Shown here one piece after another: positions 11,940 through 26,740 of a stretch of DNA of 64,000 bases; position 1 is the stretch's first letter, and every line of letters begins with the position of its first letter. Source of the stretch: Chiloscyllium plagiosum (Eukaryota); assembly GCF_004010195.1 (NCBI RefSeq), contig NC_057711.1, positions 75,449,764 to 75,513,763 on the forward strand, given 5' to 3'. The notes under the pieces are model-generated. The model had not been told where the DNA came from. It worked only from the letters and a program-made list of their open reading frames with translations, and did no database searches. The position numbers were made by a program, and so were the translations under genes.

Positions 11940-12393
11940 TCCAATGAAAGGGGAGCGGCCAGTTCTCTCAGCTCAGCTTCTCTCTCATTTGTTTGTTTTT
12001 AGCAGTGTGTGTGGAAAAGCTGCTGGACCCAGAAACAGGTCCAGGCTGGTACTCTCTCTACCTGACTCCTATCCTGTAAGAACTTGTGTTTGATTTTTAC
12101 CTTTTGTGTCAAGGGATGTTTATGGGGATTTTTGCAAATGTCTGGAACAGCATCATTAAGTTAGGATAGTCTGTTGAGTTTTCGGACAGGTTAAATTATT
12201 TGGTATTCTGTTTTTTGTTCTTTGTGTTTCATTCAGTAATTTTGTAAATGAATTGTTTTGTTTAAAATTAATTGGTTTGACCAGCTGATTCTCTCCTGGA
12301 ATATCTACTGTACACCTGCTTAAAGCAAGCAGCAAAGTTAGGGTCTGGGCTACCTTCTTGAAATGTTTCGAGGGGTTTGGCCTGATCCATAAC
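11940..12393 (+). mobile_element. Probable solo-LTR remnant
   Basis: LTR-like composition ending ...ggtttggcctgatccataACA. The 5' boundary is unclear and may be split by the palindromic insert. Confidence 0.4.
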
Positions 12394-12931
12394 AGACAAC
12401 TCCTTGCAAATAAACCAGTAACACCTCACCCTTGCCCTTCCAATCTCCTCTACAAACCCTTCTGACAAGGCTTCTATTTTATCCGCTGCTGAGGTCTCAC
12501 CCACCCAGTGTCTTTCAACTCCCCTAGACTTCTTACTTCCTCCAAAATATCAAAACTTGCTGGGAACCGGCAGTCCCTGGACTGGACTCACCAGGACTTG
12601 GTGATCAATCACAGCACCATAGTTCTCATCTCTTTTCTTCTGCGGCACACATGTATTTGGTCTTGCAATCTCCTCTGGACTGCTCCATGTCTGACTAGAA
12701 ATAAGCCAGTCAATAGGATTTCCAAGCAAAGAATCTATCAATTATGTTACACAAAAGATATGGAGTTAGAACGTCACAGATAACCTATCTGTTCACATTC
12801 CCTGTACACCTACTAACTGCTCTCCCTGCTCCCTACTGCCAGAAAAGTTAATATCAAGCCCATAATGTCTAATCACACATTTTCTGACCATTTTTCCTTC
12901 AATCTACCATTGATTTTTGCACTAATGCTAA

Positions 12932-13069
<138 letters not shown>

Positions 13070-13519
13070 TAAATGAAGGTCAAATTATTTCTCAAACATC
13101 TTGAGGGTGGAAATGGGTTGTTTTACAACCCAGAGTCTGTCTCTTAAATTAAAAAAAAGTCTTAAATTAATTCAGCAAAATGTGATGTTTTCTATCCTTA
13201 ATATTGCAGTGTTGATTCTGGTAGCATGTTTTTATGTTTAGAAAGTAAATGAGGTAATGCTGCTGCTTCAGGAGAAATGAAGAACCACCTTTGATGCAAC
13301 TGTGATCATTCTGTGGTAGATTGTCTTTTTGTGAGTGTACAAACTGAGTTTTTACGGTCTGCACAGTGTAGTAATGTAGCTTTTGACCTGTACTGACTTC
13401 ACCTGTTACTGGGAAAGATCCTCAGGCAGAAGTGAAAATTCTAAATTGTATTGGTTAGGGGACTGCTGTGGAATTTAACTCAAAAGGTGTGTGGAGAATG
13501 TTCTATATCTTCCCAAAGG

Positions 13520-15895
13520 GCACAGAATGTACTTTGGATGAGGGAATTCCATGTTCAACAGCAGCACTACTGATCGAGCTGGTCAGGTCTTACAGGACAT
13601 AGCTCTAGGCTGGGTGTGCAGGAAGTGGTGAGGGAACCAGCAAGAGGGAAAAATATACTTGACCTCATCCTTACCAATCTGCTGTGGATGCATCTATCCA
13701 TGATAATATCGGTAAGAGGCAAGTCCCGCCCTCACCTTGAGAATAACCTCTGCCATGTTGTGTGGCACTATCACCGTGCTAAATGGAACAGACTTCGCTT
13801 GGATCTAACAAGACCAGGCATTCATGATGCACTGTGGAGTATCAACAAAAGCAGAATTGTACTCCAGCACAATCTGCAACCTCATGGCCCGATATATCCC
13901 CCACTGAACCATTACCATCAAGGCAGGGGATCAACCATGGTTTAATGGAGATTGCAGGAGGGCATGCAGGAGCAGCACCAGGCGTACCTGAGGATGAGGT
14001 GTCAACCTGGTGAAGATACTAAGAAGGGCTGCTTGCTTGCCGAATGGAATAAGCAGCAAGTGATAGATAGATAGACCTAACTGATTCCACAACCAACATA
14101 TCAGATCTAAGCTCTGCTGTCCTGCCACATCCACTTGTGAAAGGTGGTGGACCATTAAACAACTCACTGGAGGAGAAAACTGCACAAATATCCCCCTCCT
14201 CAGTGATGGAAGAGCCCAACACATCAGTGCAAAAGATAAGGTTGAATCTTCTGTAGCAATCATCAGCCATTGGATGATCCAGCTCAGCCTCCTCCGGTAG
14301 TCCCCAGCATTACAGATACAAGTCCTCAGCCAATTCCATTCCATCCAAGAAATGGTTGAATGCACTGGATATGGGCCCTGACAACATCCCAGCAATAGGA
14401 TTGAAAACTTGTTCCAGAACCTGCTGCTCTCCTGGCTAAGCTGTTCCAGTACAGTTACAACGTGGGAATTTAAAAGACAATATGGAAAATTCCCAAGGTC
14501 TGCCCTGTGTACACAAAGCAGGACAAATCCAACCCAGTTAATTACCACCCCATCACTCTACTTTCACGCATCAGGAAAATGGTGGAAAATGAGATCAATA
14601 GTGCTATCATGCAACATCTACTCAGCATTAACCTGCTCAGTGACACCCAGTTTGGATTCCACCATGGTGACTCAGCTCTTGACTTCATTACAGCCTTGGT
14701 TCAAACATGGACAAAGGAGCTGAATTCCAGAGGTGAGGTAAGACATCAAGGCCACATTTGACCAATTGTGTAGCATCAAGGAGCCCTAGCAAAACTGGAA
14801 TCAACGGGTAGCCTGGGCAAACTCTCCACTGATTCAAGTCATACCTAACATATGGGAAAATGTTTGTAGTTGTTGCAGATCTGTCATCTCAGCTCTATGG
14901 CATCTCTATAGGAGTCCCTCCGGGTAGTGACCTATGTCCAAACATCTTCAGTTGCTTCTTCAGTCGCCTTCCTGTCATCATAAAGTCTGAATCGGGGATG
15001 TTCACTGATGATTGCACAATGTTCAGCACCATTTGTGACTCCTCAGACATTGAAGTTCATGTTTAAATGCAACAAGATTTGATTTAAAATCAAATCTTGG
15101 GACAACAAGTGGTAAGTAGCATCTGCACCACAGAAATGCCAGGCAATGATCATCACCAAAAAGAGACAATCTAACCAACTCCCTTGATGTTCAACTATAT
15201 TACCAGCACTAAGTTTCCCCAACTATCAACATCCTAGATGTTACCATTGACCAGAAACTCAACTGGGCTTGCTACATAAACACAGTGGGTACAAGAGCCA
15301 GGTTAAAGGTTAGGAATATTGTGGTGGATAACTCTTCTCCTGATTTCCCCAAAGCCTGTCTGCCATCTACAAGGCACAAGTAGACAGAATGATAGAATGC
15401 TCCCCATTTTCCTGGATGGGTGCAGCCTCAACATCATTCTAAGCTTGACACCAGCCAGGACAAAGCAGCCCACTTAATTCGGCACTACGTCCATTAGAAG
15501 ACACCCCCTCCTCCACCAGCCACTCCGTAGCAGCAGTGTGCACCATCTGCACATTGCACTGCAGAAATTCACCAAAGGTCCATAGACGGAACCTTCCAAG
15601 CTCACAACCACTTCCATCTTGAAGGACAAGGGCAGCAGATACATAGAGACACCACCACCTTGAAGTTCCCCTCCAAACCATTCACCATCTTGACTTGGAA
15701 ATATATCATCATTCCTTCACCGACACTGGATCAAAATCCTGGAATTCCCTTCCTAAGGGCATTGTGGGTCTAGCTATAGCAAATTCACTGCAACGATTCA
15801 AGATGACAGTTCGTCAACAAGGGACAAGGACAACGAGGAACAGACAAAAAAAACTCTGACCAGCCAGCAATGCCCACATCACGTGAGTGAATCAA
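13520..15895 (+). mobile_element. CR1-group LINE ORF2 (endonuclease end plus RT), degenerate, with 3' tail
   Basis: REPARGKNILDLILTN, KQDKSNPVNYHPITLLS, QFGFHHGDSA, GVPPGSDLCP...FTDD. Frameshifted. Confidence 0.85.
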
Positions 15896-16224
15896 ACAAA
15901 CTCAAGTGAATAAAAACTACTTTTTTTTTCAGTCAGAATTTATGTAAATAAGGAGGATGGAAAAATTGTTTTAAACAAACTGCAAATGGGTTAACATCTT
16001 GTATCAATCGGTAGTGTTCTGTGTAAAAGATTTGAGAACATTTTGTGACAGCACAGTGAAACAAAGAAATCGACAATCGTCTTTTTTTCAGAAGTTGTGC
16101 CTGACTATGATTTGAGGACGGCGTCTCCTTAGGATTGTGAACTTTTGCCATGTGTCTTCATGTGACTAATACTTAACCTGCAAATGTTTGGGTTCATGGG
16201 GCAAGTTGTCCCATAAACTGGCAA

Positions 16225-16395
16225 GATCTGGAATGCAGGTTAGGTGAATTGGTCATGCTTAATTGCCTATAGTGTTCCAGGATGAGTAGGTCAGGGGTAA
16301 ATAAAGAGTAAAGGGTTTGGCTGGGATATTGTTCAGAGGGTTGGTGTGGACCTGTTGGGCCAATGGGCCTGTCTCCACACTATAGGGATTCTATA
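16225..16395 (+). mobile_element. HE1/V-SINE 3' half
   Basis: tgcaggttaggtgaattggtcatgcttaattgcc...gggcctgtctccacactatagggattcta. Confidence 0.75.
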
Positions 16396-17219
16396 AAGCA
16401 GGTTGATAAACAAATTGTCACCATTTTGTATAATTTGTAGCAAACCCCTCAGTCATTAATTTTGGTGCTGCCACACTTCAGGGAAAACTTCTGACTGTCT
16501 TTTGATGTTTCTTTATCCTTACCCAGAATGTTTTGCCATTTAAAGTTAGGAGAACAGGACCTGGCTGGGGACATTCTTTTTCAGCTATCTGGACACTGAA
16601 TCCAGTCCATTTGGTTTTGCTGGAGTTTAGCCTGATTGCTAACTTCAATAAGGACACTAACATTTACTCAACAATCTTGTCATTTAATCCAAAGAATGTG
16701 GTGGGGGCTTTGCATTTTACATGTTGATGCATAGTCAAGATATTACGACAGTTCAGGGGGATAGTAATGACAACTAATTTGTACATGAGGGCATTTCTTT
16801 ATTTGAGGGTCTTTATTGTCAATGTTCACCGTCTTAAGGCTGAGATGGCGCATCATCAATTGTGCTGGATCTCTTCATCAATTGTGAGCTGTTAGATGAC
16901 AGATTGTGCCAAGGTAAGAGAAGTGCCTAACGTATTCCAGTACCTCACACTTAATATATATTGGAGATGGGATATTTGACTAGGATTGCATGTGAGGTTT
17001 TATTTTGCCAACAAGCCAAGTGTCTTGTAAGCAGAATTGAAGAAATTAAGTGGTTTGTAAACCTGATGCAGAGTTGGGCAATGACACTGCTGTCAATGTG
17101 CATAATGGATGTCATGTGTTATGATGATTGGTTTAGTATGGGCCAGAAGGGAAAACAGATGAAACAGTTTTTCATCTATGTGGTAGTTAATATGCATACC
17201 AGAGAGCAGTTGATTAGGG

Positions 17220-17570
17220 AGAGGTGACAGCCTGACGGTATTGTTTCTGAACTATTAATCAGAGACCAAAGGTACTGTTCTTGGAACCAGGGTTCAAGTC
17301 CTGCCACAAGAGATGATGGAATCTGAATTCAATTTTTTGAAAAAGACTCTGGAATTAAGTGTTTAGTGATGACCATGAAATAGGTACCAAATGTCGGTTA
17401 ACAACCAGTCACTTATGTCCACTAATGTCCTTTAGGGAACAAAACTGCTATCTTTACCCAGTCTACATGTGACTCTAGACCCATAGGAATGTGGTTGACT
17501 CTTAACTGTCCTCTGGGTAATAAATGCTGACCTAGGCAGGTATGCCAATATTCCATGAATGAATTTTTGA
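17220..17570 (+). mobile_element. Deu-domain-type SINE
   Basis: tRNA-like head (gggttcaagtcc), ctacatgtgactctagaccc...gtggttgactcttaactg...taaatgctg...catgaatgaat tail. Confidence 0.75.
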
Positions 17571-17949
17571 AAAAAGTGAATAGACATTGTCCCATAGATT
17601 ATAATTAGTTGGGGCTATCACAAAATCTTGCTTAATGTCGATGTATATTTTGAAAGTGTTGCTTCAGATCTCCCACTCCACAGTTGCTGATATACCATGA
17701 TGAAGCATCTTAGAACTGCCAAATCTCTGGGAAGCAATCCAGAGTTTCATGATTTATTGAAACAAATGCTTTGGTCAGATTGATGAATATAGTGAAGACT
17801 TTCTTGTGGGGTTTTTAACATTTTTCTTGAATTTGCCTGGCAATAAGGCCAGGTCAGAGATTCCTCTGGAAGGTCAGAAACCTGTGTCTCTAGGAAAATT
17901 TGCTCTGCCACAAAAAGTCAACAATTTTATAGTCAACATTGCTTTGTGC

Positions 17950-18615
17950 ATGAGAAATTGTGTTTCTCTAACTTGATTGGGTTTTTGAACAATTGACAAA
18001 GAAGATTGATGAAGGCAGAGCAGTAGATATTGTCTATATGGACTTCAGCAAGGTGTTTGACAAGGTTTTGCATGGAAGACTGGTTAGCAAGGTTAAATCA
18101 CATGGACTCTGAGGGGGCTAGCCAATTAGATACAAAATTGGCATGAAGATAGGAGACAGAAGGTGGTGGTGGAGGGTTGCTTTTCAGACTGGAGGCCTGT
18201 AACCAGCAGTGTACCAAAAGGATCAATGCTGGGTCCACTGCTTTTCATCATTTGTATGAATTATTTGGTTGTAAATATAGGTATTATGGTTAGTAAATTT
18301 GCAGACGGCACCAAGATTGGAGGTGTAGTGGACAGTGAAGAAGGTTACCTCAGATTACAATGGGATCTTGATCAGATGGGCCGATGGTCTGAGGAGTGGC
18401 AGATGGAGTTTAATTTAGATAAATATGAGGTGTTGCATTTTGGTAAGGCCAATCAGGACAGCACTAATCTACTTAATGATAGGGCTGTGGGGACTACACA
18501 AGTGCATAGTTCCTTGAAAGTGGAATCACAAGTAGACAGGTTGGTGAAGAAGGCTTTTGGTACGCTCGTTGGTATGAACGAACTGGACTGATAGATCTGC
18601 TTCTATGACTCTGTA
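17950..18615 (+). mobile_element. CR1 LINE RT fragment with 3' end
   Basis: VYMDFSKVFDK, SVPKGSMLGPLLF, SKFADGTKIGG (ORF 18163..18591), tail tctatgactct. Confidence 0.9.
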
Positions 18616-20468
18616 ATTCAGGAGAATGCATGTTATGGACAACAGGAAAGTACCTTAATAGTCTCCACAACATGTTTTAAACCCTCTTTATGATATTTAG
18701 GATTGTCACATTGCTGAAATTAGGATCGGTCATTTTCCTGCTGAATTGCAAGTTGAGTATATGGAATCTCTGTGAGCAAAATCTGGCCAGCTGGAATGCT
18801 GTCAGAGTCACGGGCTTCGAGTTTTCATCTGTTTGCTTATTGCTGTCTCTCCCAATTAGTGGCCCATCTATGGATTCTACGATAGGGCACTGAGGGATAA
18901 TCTGAACAATATCAGCTGCTACTGTGGATTCAAGGTTCAGAAGTGTTGAAACTGTTCCTTCCAGGATTGACAGATTTCATTCTCTTCTTTAAGAAGAGAC
19001 AAGCTACCCTGTGAGTAAAGGGAATATTGTTTCTTTTCTTTATTTTATAGATAGTGCTGATGGCTTCAAAAAAAACCTTTGCGTGTCATGATGGTCGGCA
19101 TATTACTGGTTTTCTCAGGCTTTCCCTTCCCATCACTTATCCTTTCTCTTCAAGATTGGTCTTTTGAGTGTCAGCCCTGAGGTGTTGGAATGCTGCCTTC
19201 TTGAGTTGTGATTTTTGGTTGTTCTGTCAGACAATGAAGATAGTTCATTTTTTTCCAGGATGTCACATTTCAATTTCACTTTTGATTGAACAAGTTGTGT
19301 TGACCAATGGTCTGGACACAGGGTGGTATATGTTTACTCCCAATGTGCTGAAATGGAGTTAGGTGTGTGAATGCTTTCCAGATTGGTTATGAGCTGCTAC
19401 TGGAAGTTGTCTCTTTGGTTGGGATATTAAAGTGCAGTTGCATTGATGATCTTCCTCCTTGGACTTGGACGTGTGCTGTCTTTATACTAGGCTCTTGCTC
19501 ATTACCAGTCAAACAAGATGTCAGTACTCTGCAGGGATCGAATGATGCAGAGTTAAGTTATGTCATTGGCTTAAAACATCCAAGAGGTGCTAGTGCTTTG
19601 ATCTAGAATACTCCATGTGGTTTTGTATTTCTCCTCTGGCACAAGACAGAATGAGGCCATGCCTACTGACCCAAATATTCTAAAAATTGGCAATTGCATT
19701 CAGATTGCTACTCCAATCCTATTTTATTTGCACGTGAGAATTGAACTCCATTTCCACCGAATAATTGGAATTATAAAGACAGCTCCCTCAGAAGTGCAGA
19801 GCATACCTGATGTCAATCACTTCCCTCATAATGCAGAATAGCTGGGGCAAGTCCAACCACAATCCCTTTTTACAGCAGGAAGTGAGCTGTGTTCTGACAT
19901 TTAGATATCCAGCACAACAGCCAGTCATTTAGACAGCTGTTTTTTGGAAGGGTGTGTATATTAGGTAAGTGTGGGATTAGGATGACAGATGGGTCTGGTG
20001 TATGGATGCCAGGTGTATATATTGCTGATTGGGTAGGACGCCAGGTGGTGAGGTTGCCAGGTGCATACATTACCAGGTGGGGAACATGCCAGGAAGGTGA
20101 TATAGTGCTTAAGGTAGATTGAAATCACAGGTGAGATGGGATATTGGGGCCAACAGCAGGTGAGGGCAGGCAGCGGGTTCAGTATGTCAGTGCCGATGAC
20201 AATGGGACCTCTGTCCCAACACAGGGACTTGCAACTGTCATGCATCTGTCACCTTTTGAGCAGATGCTTGTCTAGAGACACTCAGTTCCCAGCCGTGTCC
20301 TTGTTCCTGCCAGCAGCTGCCTCATAAATTGGCACATGAGCCCTTGTAGAAGCCTGTGTAGGACTTTATTTAACATGGCAACACTGCTGATGTTATCGAC
20401 ACTGCAACATAATGGAAAATAAATAGGCTTCTACCCTAACTCTAAACAAGTTAATAATGATCATGTAC

Positions 20469-20686
20469 TGAAAATGTGTTGCTGGAAAAGCTCAGCAGGT
20501 CAGGCAGCATCCAAGGAGCAGGAGAATCGACGTTTCGAGCATGAGCCCTTCTTCAGGAGCCCTTCTTCAGGCTCATGCCCGAAACATCGATTCTCCTGCT
20601 CCTTTGATGCTGCCTGACCTGCTGTGCTTTTCCAGCAACACATTTTCAGCTCTGATCTCCAGCATCTGCAGTCCTCACTTTCTCCC
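20469..20686. mobile_element. Palindromic PLE-derived mini-element with an intact antisense hammerhead core
   Basis: Perfect 16-bp TSD AATAATGATCATGTAC (20453-20468 / 20687-20702). Minus-strand CTGAAGA-AGGGC-TCAT-GCTC-GAAA-CGTC at 20529-20556. Confidence 0.85.
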
Positions 20687-21501
20687 AATAATGATCATGT
20701 ACACTGACACCAACAGGCATGTGCTTACAAGACTCCAAGAATGTACCAAAGAGCTGTAATCAGTATTCTGTATATTTGAATGTAAATAAAGAATTTACAG
20801 GGCATACTGATAGTGAGAAAAAGTTACTCGAGGCACATATAAAGATGTCACAGACTCCACCAAGCAGGACCAGTCTAGCAAGGTTCAGTGGCTTCAAGAG
20901 TACAGTACAGATACCCAATACCCAGAACCCATGGGAGGCAAAAATCCAAAGAGATAATGCAGGCTTGAAAACATGGGAGTAGTACAGTCCAGAGATGTAG
21001 CAGCATCAGTGTGCGCACAGTTTTTCTGGTTGAATTTTGGTGATGTCATCAAGCTGTCATCAAGTGGATAGCTTGCCACTGCAAACCACCTTATGCTTTC
21101 ACAGCTAGTGAGATGCACAGACTTTCTATGCCTAGTTTGCTGTTGATTTTTTTTTAAAACCACACTTCGCTCCAGGTAGAACCACCCATAGTGACAACAT
21201 AAGGGGGAGGCAGTAGACAAAGAGTTCCCAATGACTTTGATCGAACGACTATCAGAACACACTTCAAGATGGTGATCCATAGAGGGCCTTTGGAAAGAAT
21301 CATTATACTAACTCAATGCTTTAAGAATTAAAAACCTCTTGGAATATCATTGTAACTGCTTTGTAAATGTTCCATTTCTTCAAGTAGTCCAAGCCAGTTG
21401 AATATGTTGAGAACAAACTGGATTTTTTTTCCCAGGAATTTAGAAACGAGGTAAAGTTGAAGAAGAAACAGATGATGCAATAGGAACATGTTCTTCAATA
21501 G

Positions 21502-21902
21502 CGTCGGAGGCTGAGGGGTGACCTTATAGAAGTTTACAAAATTATGAGGGGCATGGATAGGATAAATAGACAAAGTCTTTTCCCTGGGGTCGGGGAGTCT
21601 AGAACTAGAGGGCATAGGTTTAGGATGAGAGGGGAAAGATATGAAAAAGACCTAAGAGGCAACTTTTTCACGCAGAGGGTGGTACGTGTATGAAATGATC
21701 TGCTAGAGGATGTGGTGGAGGCTGGTACAATTGCAACATTTAAGAGGCATTTGGATGGGTATATGAATAGGAAGGGTTTGGAGGGATATGGGCCGGGTGC
21801 TGGCAGGTGGGACTAATTTGGGTTGGGGTATCTGGTCGGCATGGATGGATTGGACCAAAAGGTCTGTTTCCATGCTGTACATCTCTATGAATCTATGACT
21901 CT
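21502..21902 (+). mobile_element. CR1 LINE 3' fragment (relatively young)
   Basis: RRLRGDLIEVYKIMRGMDR..., 3' UTR and ctctatga-type tail. Confidence 0.9.
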
Positions 21903-22319
21903 TGGAGCTGTGTTGACACTCTAGGTGTAACTGCATGATCTATTTTCCCACTAAGGAGAGCTATTCTCAAGGAACTCAGATCTGATAGAGGTGTACAATA
22001 TTGTAGGTTCAAATCAACAACTCAGGCTGCCTGCAAGCAAGGCTTATGTTGGCTGTGCGCTGTTTCAGAATAACCCCTGTGTACCAAATGCACAAGCAAA
22101 AGGTTCCTGCCTGTGCAGACGTGATCGGTTGTATAAGAGTTTACTTCAATTGAATATTGCAGTTTACATAATTTGCTTACAGTGGTTAATTGCAACCTTT
22201 CATGTAGACTAACTGAAATCCAAAAGAGCAAATTTTAAAAACCATTTTTGTTTTGGGACCATACAATGTCCCATCAAAATGCATGAAGATAGCTTAGACC
22301 CTTACTTTTTCTTGTTTTA

Positions 22320-22870
22320 AAGGCATTTGTCAGGCATTGTGTTCTAGGTGCAATTTGATTGGTCAAATTACCACTCTTGAAACAAAACATACTTTATTCA
22401 TACACTATAGTTAAAAGTTAACAAAAGAATTGAAATAACAACTCTATTGTTGTTAAGTTTTCTGATAAATTATTTAATTACTGAACAGTAACTGTTCCAA
22501 TATAGTGACATTCCCATAAACACTCCTTTGGCAAAGGCAAATAGAGTAACATAGAATGTCTTGCATGCAACTCTAGCAGCAGGAAGAGAACCCCCAGCTT
22601 TTAGCTGTAACAGAGGAAAAGCAGCTCATATTCAACTTCAAGACCCCAGCACCTGCTCCTGAAGGCTAAGATTTTTTTTTAAAACTTGTTCTGTGGGAGC
22701 TTGACCCCACCCATTTTGGCTACTTCTATTGTTCCTATTTAAAAAAAAAACAACTCAAGGACTCACAAACTGTTTACTTTATTGGCTTTGGAGCAGACTG
22801 CTCAGTACATCTGCCTCAATCCTTCTTCCTAAAAACAAATAAGGGCTAAATAGAACTCTTAAAGCCATAC
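22320..22870 (-). mobile_element. Possible solo-LTR-like repeat
   Basis: LTR-like layout with AATAAA on the minus strand (tttatt near 22393). Family not identified. Confidence 0.25.
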
Positions 22871-23159
22871 TTTAAGATACTAGATAAAATAATGTATTCA
22901 ACTCATTCAGACATCTGTCCATCTACACAGGGGTACATGATGGTACAGACCAAGTGAACATGTCCAAACTTGGCCACATTCAGAAAGTAGTCAATCTCAG
23001 TGACTTGAATGTTGGAATCTTTAACTCCAAGAGATATAAACTTGAATAGAAATTTGTAAATCTGTGTGGACCACTTGCAACAATATTGGATCCTGCTTTC
23101 ATCTGTTCATTATTCCAGCATAACCCTGGAATTCTCTTGGTTAGAAGAAAGAACCTTTT

Positions 23160-24025
23160 TAAAACCCATTTTCCCCTTCCTTCACCCTAAAGTGTGAGGA
23201 GCTTGTGAACCTCTTTGTCACAAAGATTGATATCATCCAATCAACTGGCTCTGCCATGACACCCCAACAGGCCCAACCTTTTTCAACCTTTCTTTGTAAG
23301 ATAAGTCCCTCCTCCAAGAAAGTACGCTAATAAACTACTCCCATGTGTGACCTCCTACGTTTTCTGTTTCTTCATTCTACTAAGACTGATTTAACATCTT
23401 GATCTTTTGAACTTATCATTGCTCACTAACGTATAAATGTCATCTTGAATTAATGAGCTATCCAACCTTTCCTAGCTTCCTGTCTTTTTTCATAAAGTTG
23501 CTGTACAGCTGCTGCAATTGCCAAGATACTTTCACCATTGCCTTTTTAATTGGCGCTGCGGCAGGAACCTTTATCACTTGAAAATTACTGCCCCCAATTC
23601 AAAGCTTTGTTACTACTAGAATTGACTATTCCAACAGACATTTGGCCGGTTTCCCATGTGCATGTCTTTGTCAACTCAGTCATTCAAAACTTTAGCTGCC
23701 CATGTCTTAACACACAGCAAATCTTCTGTCACCCCATACTTGTTGGCCTACACTGGCACCCAGTGAAGTCACACTTGTTTTTAACTTTCATCTTGTTTTG
23801 TGCCTCCCAATACCTGTCAATATCTCTAGCTCTACAATCCTCCAAGATATCTGTACTCTGCTGTTCAGATATTTTCAACATTCCCAATTGTAATTTCTCC
23901 ACCATTGGTAGCTGTACTTTTAGTTGCTTTAGTCCCAAGCTCTGGGGTTCCCTTCCTGCTGTTCTCTGATTTTCAACCTTGCTTTGCTCCTTTCAGAGAC
24001 AACTTAAAATGTACTGAGCAGTCTG
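23160..24025 (+). mobile_element. Old L2 LINE fragments
   Basis: CEELVNLFVTKID near 23193, and C-terminal PILVGLHWHPV ... IGSCTFSCFSPKLWGSLP (ORF 23550..23969), typical of the L2 ORF2 end. Confidence 0.7.
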
Positions 24026-26740
24026 CTCCAAACCTCCTTGACCTGATCATCTGATCTCTTGTCAAGTTATTTAGTGGTGTTTTAAAATCCTTCACTGCAG
24101 CACCTTTTCAAAGGTGCTAAGTAAATAATGCAAAGCCAATTTTGTGCAACACATTAACCCTCTAGCTTGTGGTTAATTAGGAATTCATTTATGGGTAATT
24201 GTCCTGTTGATTAGCAAATAGCAATGAGCAGGGGATACTGCACCTGGGAATGAGTTCTTAATTTCCATATTCACACACCATATGTGTGAATACTTTAATT
24301 CCATGTTAATTTGAGGACAAAAAGCTTCTGTACCAGGATTTTCATTTTGGATTGTTCGACTACTTAGCTTCCATGGGCCACTCAATGATGGTCAATGTAT
24401 GTTAAGTAAATATATAAAGATGGATTACTTTTGCATATATTATGTGAATGTATGTAAAAAGAAATTGTACTAAAATTCGTGCATGTGTCTAACATGGTGT
24501 CACATAGCTGATGAGAATGATCAGACATATGTGTTAGACAGCATTGACCAAATCCAAGCTCCTGTGACTTACTTATCAATTTCAGATCACTTTTTTTTCT
24601 TTTATCTGACAATCTACTAACCAATGGCATCTTTACAGACAGTACACAAATGAAAGCAGAATCATTAGTTGTCAAATGATCACAGCTGCTAAAAGCTCTC
24701 AAAAAGATATTATGGAATTATTCCAGAAGCACAGATGGTATGCACTGCTTATATTTTGAAGTCAGCTTCAATGTAAATCCACAGATATAAAGAAATTTTA
24801 AGAATTGTAGAATTATTAAAAGAATTTTTTTTCTTGCAAACTTAACACTGTTCTATTAAATATGGATATTAAGAATCCTCAGTTGAATTTTGCTCCCAAT
24901 ATAATGAGTTTTTTTTGCATTTAGTTGCCTTCCAGTATCTTTTTTTAAACAAGCAGTTTCATCCTCTACATCTCAAGTAATTTTTATTTAATTCCTTTGC
25001 AGCTCCATTCAGTCTTGTGCTGTACACCTGTAATAATAATACCAATGTCAACACTGGATTCAGAGAAAACTCTTTAATCCCAGTGAAAGTGCTGACATTT
25101 CTCACTGTGTTCATGTTTAAATGGAATAACTGATGGGTACTGGCAGTCAGAAGTCCATTTCAAAGCCAGATTTATGCTTTAGTCTCAATATGCTCGACAC
25201 TTTTTTTTCAACCAATGCCCCATCCAGACATAAAACAGATGTAACTTCATGGCTCATGTACTATGCAGTCAGATCATCAGTTGTGAAGTTAGTATCATCA
25301 TATCCATTATGTCTTTATGCCAACAAATTAATACTAGTTTCATTCTGTCTACACCAATGCAAAACAATTTAACAAGTGTCTTGATTAATTGAAGCTATTG
25401 CATTAATACAAGTCTTTAGTATTCATCAGTCTAATTCGTCTCACTGAGAAAAGAACAGTTGAGATCCTTACCAATCAATAGAAAGAGGTAAAACAGCATA
25501 GTCTGTATACTTTACCTGATTAATTGAAGTAACATTTTCAAAGCTCAATGACAAGAGGGTAACTATTGCAGATCAGTTTTTTGTCTTCTTTCCCATTCAA
25601 TTTACACTTCAACTCCTATTGGAGTGCCATACTCAGTCCACAGGCAGTAATGCTCATTCAGCCTCTCGGAGCCTGAGTTTAACCTTACCCCCTCAGCAGG
25701 AATTTGACAAGTCCAGGTCAGGCACCTGTTTTACATCATGTCCAAATTTACTTCTGTATTCATCAATGGAAATTAATATCGGATGAGATGTTAACACCAA
25801 CCCAAACACGCTCGCTCTTTCCACTGGGTTGGTTAAGTTAAAAGTGGGACTATTATATAAGTTTGGATGATAAAATTTAGTGGGTTAATTAATGACTGAC
25901 TATATCAAGCAAGCATAGCTGGGGTTCACCATGTCAAAACATATGTGTTCCAGTGAAAGTTACACAATTCTGATAGGCAAGACTTCATGAAAACATTTTA
26001 AAATTACGATCAAGGAAAAGAATCCTGACTGATTATTTCCTCTCCCTAGCCTAGAAATGTAGATGCCAATTTTTGCAGTCATATTGCTATTGGACTTAGA
26101 TCAACTAAGTCAGCAGAGAGCACAAATCAAACCTGGAGCAGCTGGTTTGAACGGATTAAGACTATATTACAAGGTCCATTTACTGCTCGCTTTTCTTCAT
26201 GAGGATAGTTACAGGAAAATATTACTACGTTGTTGAAGTGATTATGATAGTAAATTAATCACATTCTTCATGGCAGTGCGACAGAACAAGAGAAACTAGG
26301 AAAGTAATACAATTCAGCAACAACTTAAATCTATATAATGACTTCAGTGTAGAAAAACAAATCAGCCATATAAATTTTTTTAAAAGTTGCAACCCATAAG
26401 GAGATATTCCGTGGTGTTATAAGAAACTTGCTTAAATTATTGTGCTTAAGGGATTTTTTTTAAAGAGTGCTGCAGAGAGTTGAGGAGGAATTTTAGAGTA
26501 TTATGCCAAGACCGCAGCTGTAAGAGCTGCCATTGGTTTGATAAACAGAGGGAGACAAGCTAAGAGTTCCATTGAAAGGATATTGGATACAAAATTGGAC
26601 TCTGTAAAGGAGCAGATAGATCTGCAACAAGTCCTTAAGGTCCAACTCGTTATGCGTGACCAATGTAGTTGTACTTACTGCTGCCATGAAATATACCTCC
26701 TTGTTATCCAGGAACAGTGCAACTACAGTAACCACTCTAT

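Larger units (their letters stand above)
16700..19620 (-). mobile_element. Old RTE-clade LINE, fragmented by later SINE and CR1 insertions
   Basis: Minus-strand HFSYLG (near 16905-16925), KG-x-CGxYxG-SLL-like segment near 18645-18720, HPRSKHWHL-like endonuclease segment near 19575-19615. Confidence 0.55.

Noticed and set aside
19870..20370. Possible Harbinger Myb/SANT partner remnant
   Set aside because: Similarity too faint to support by eye.
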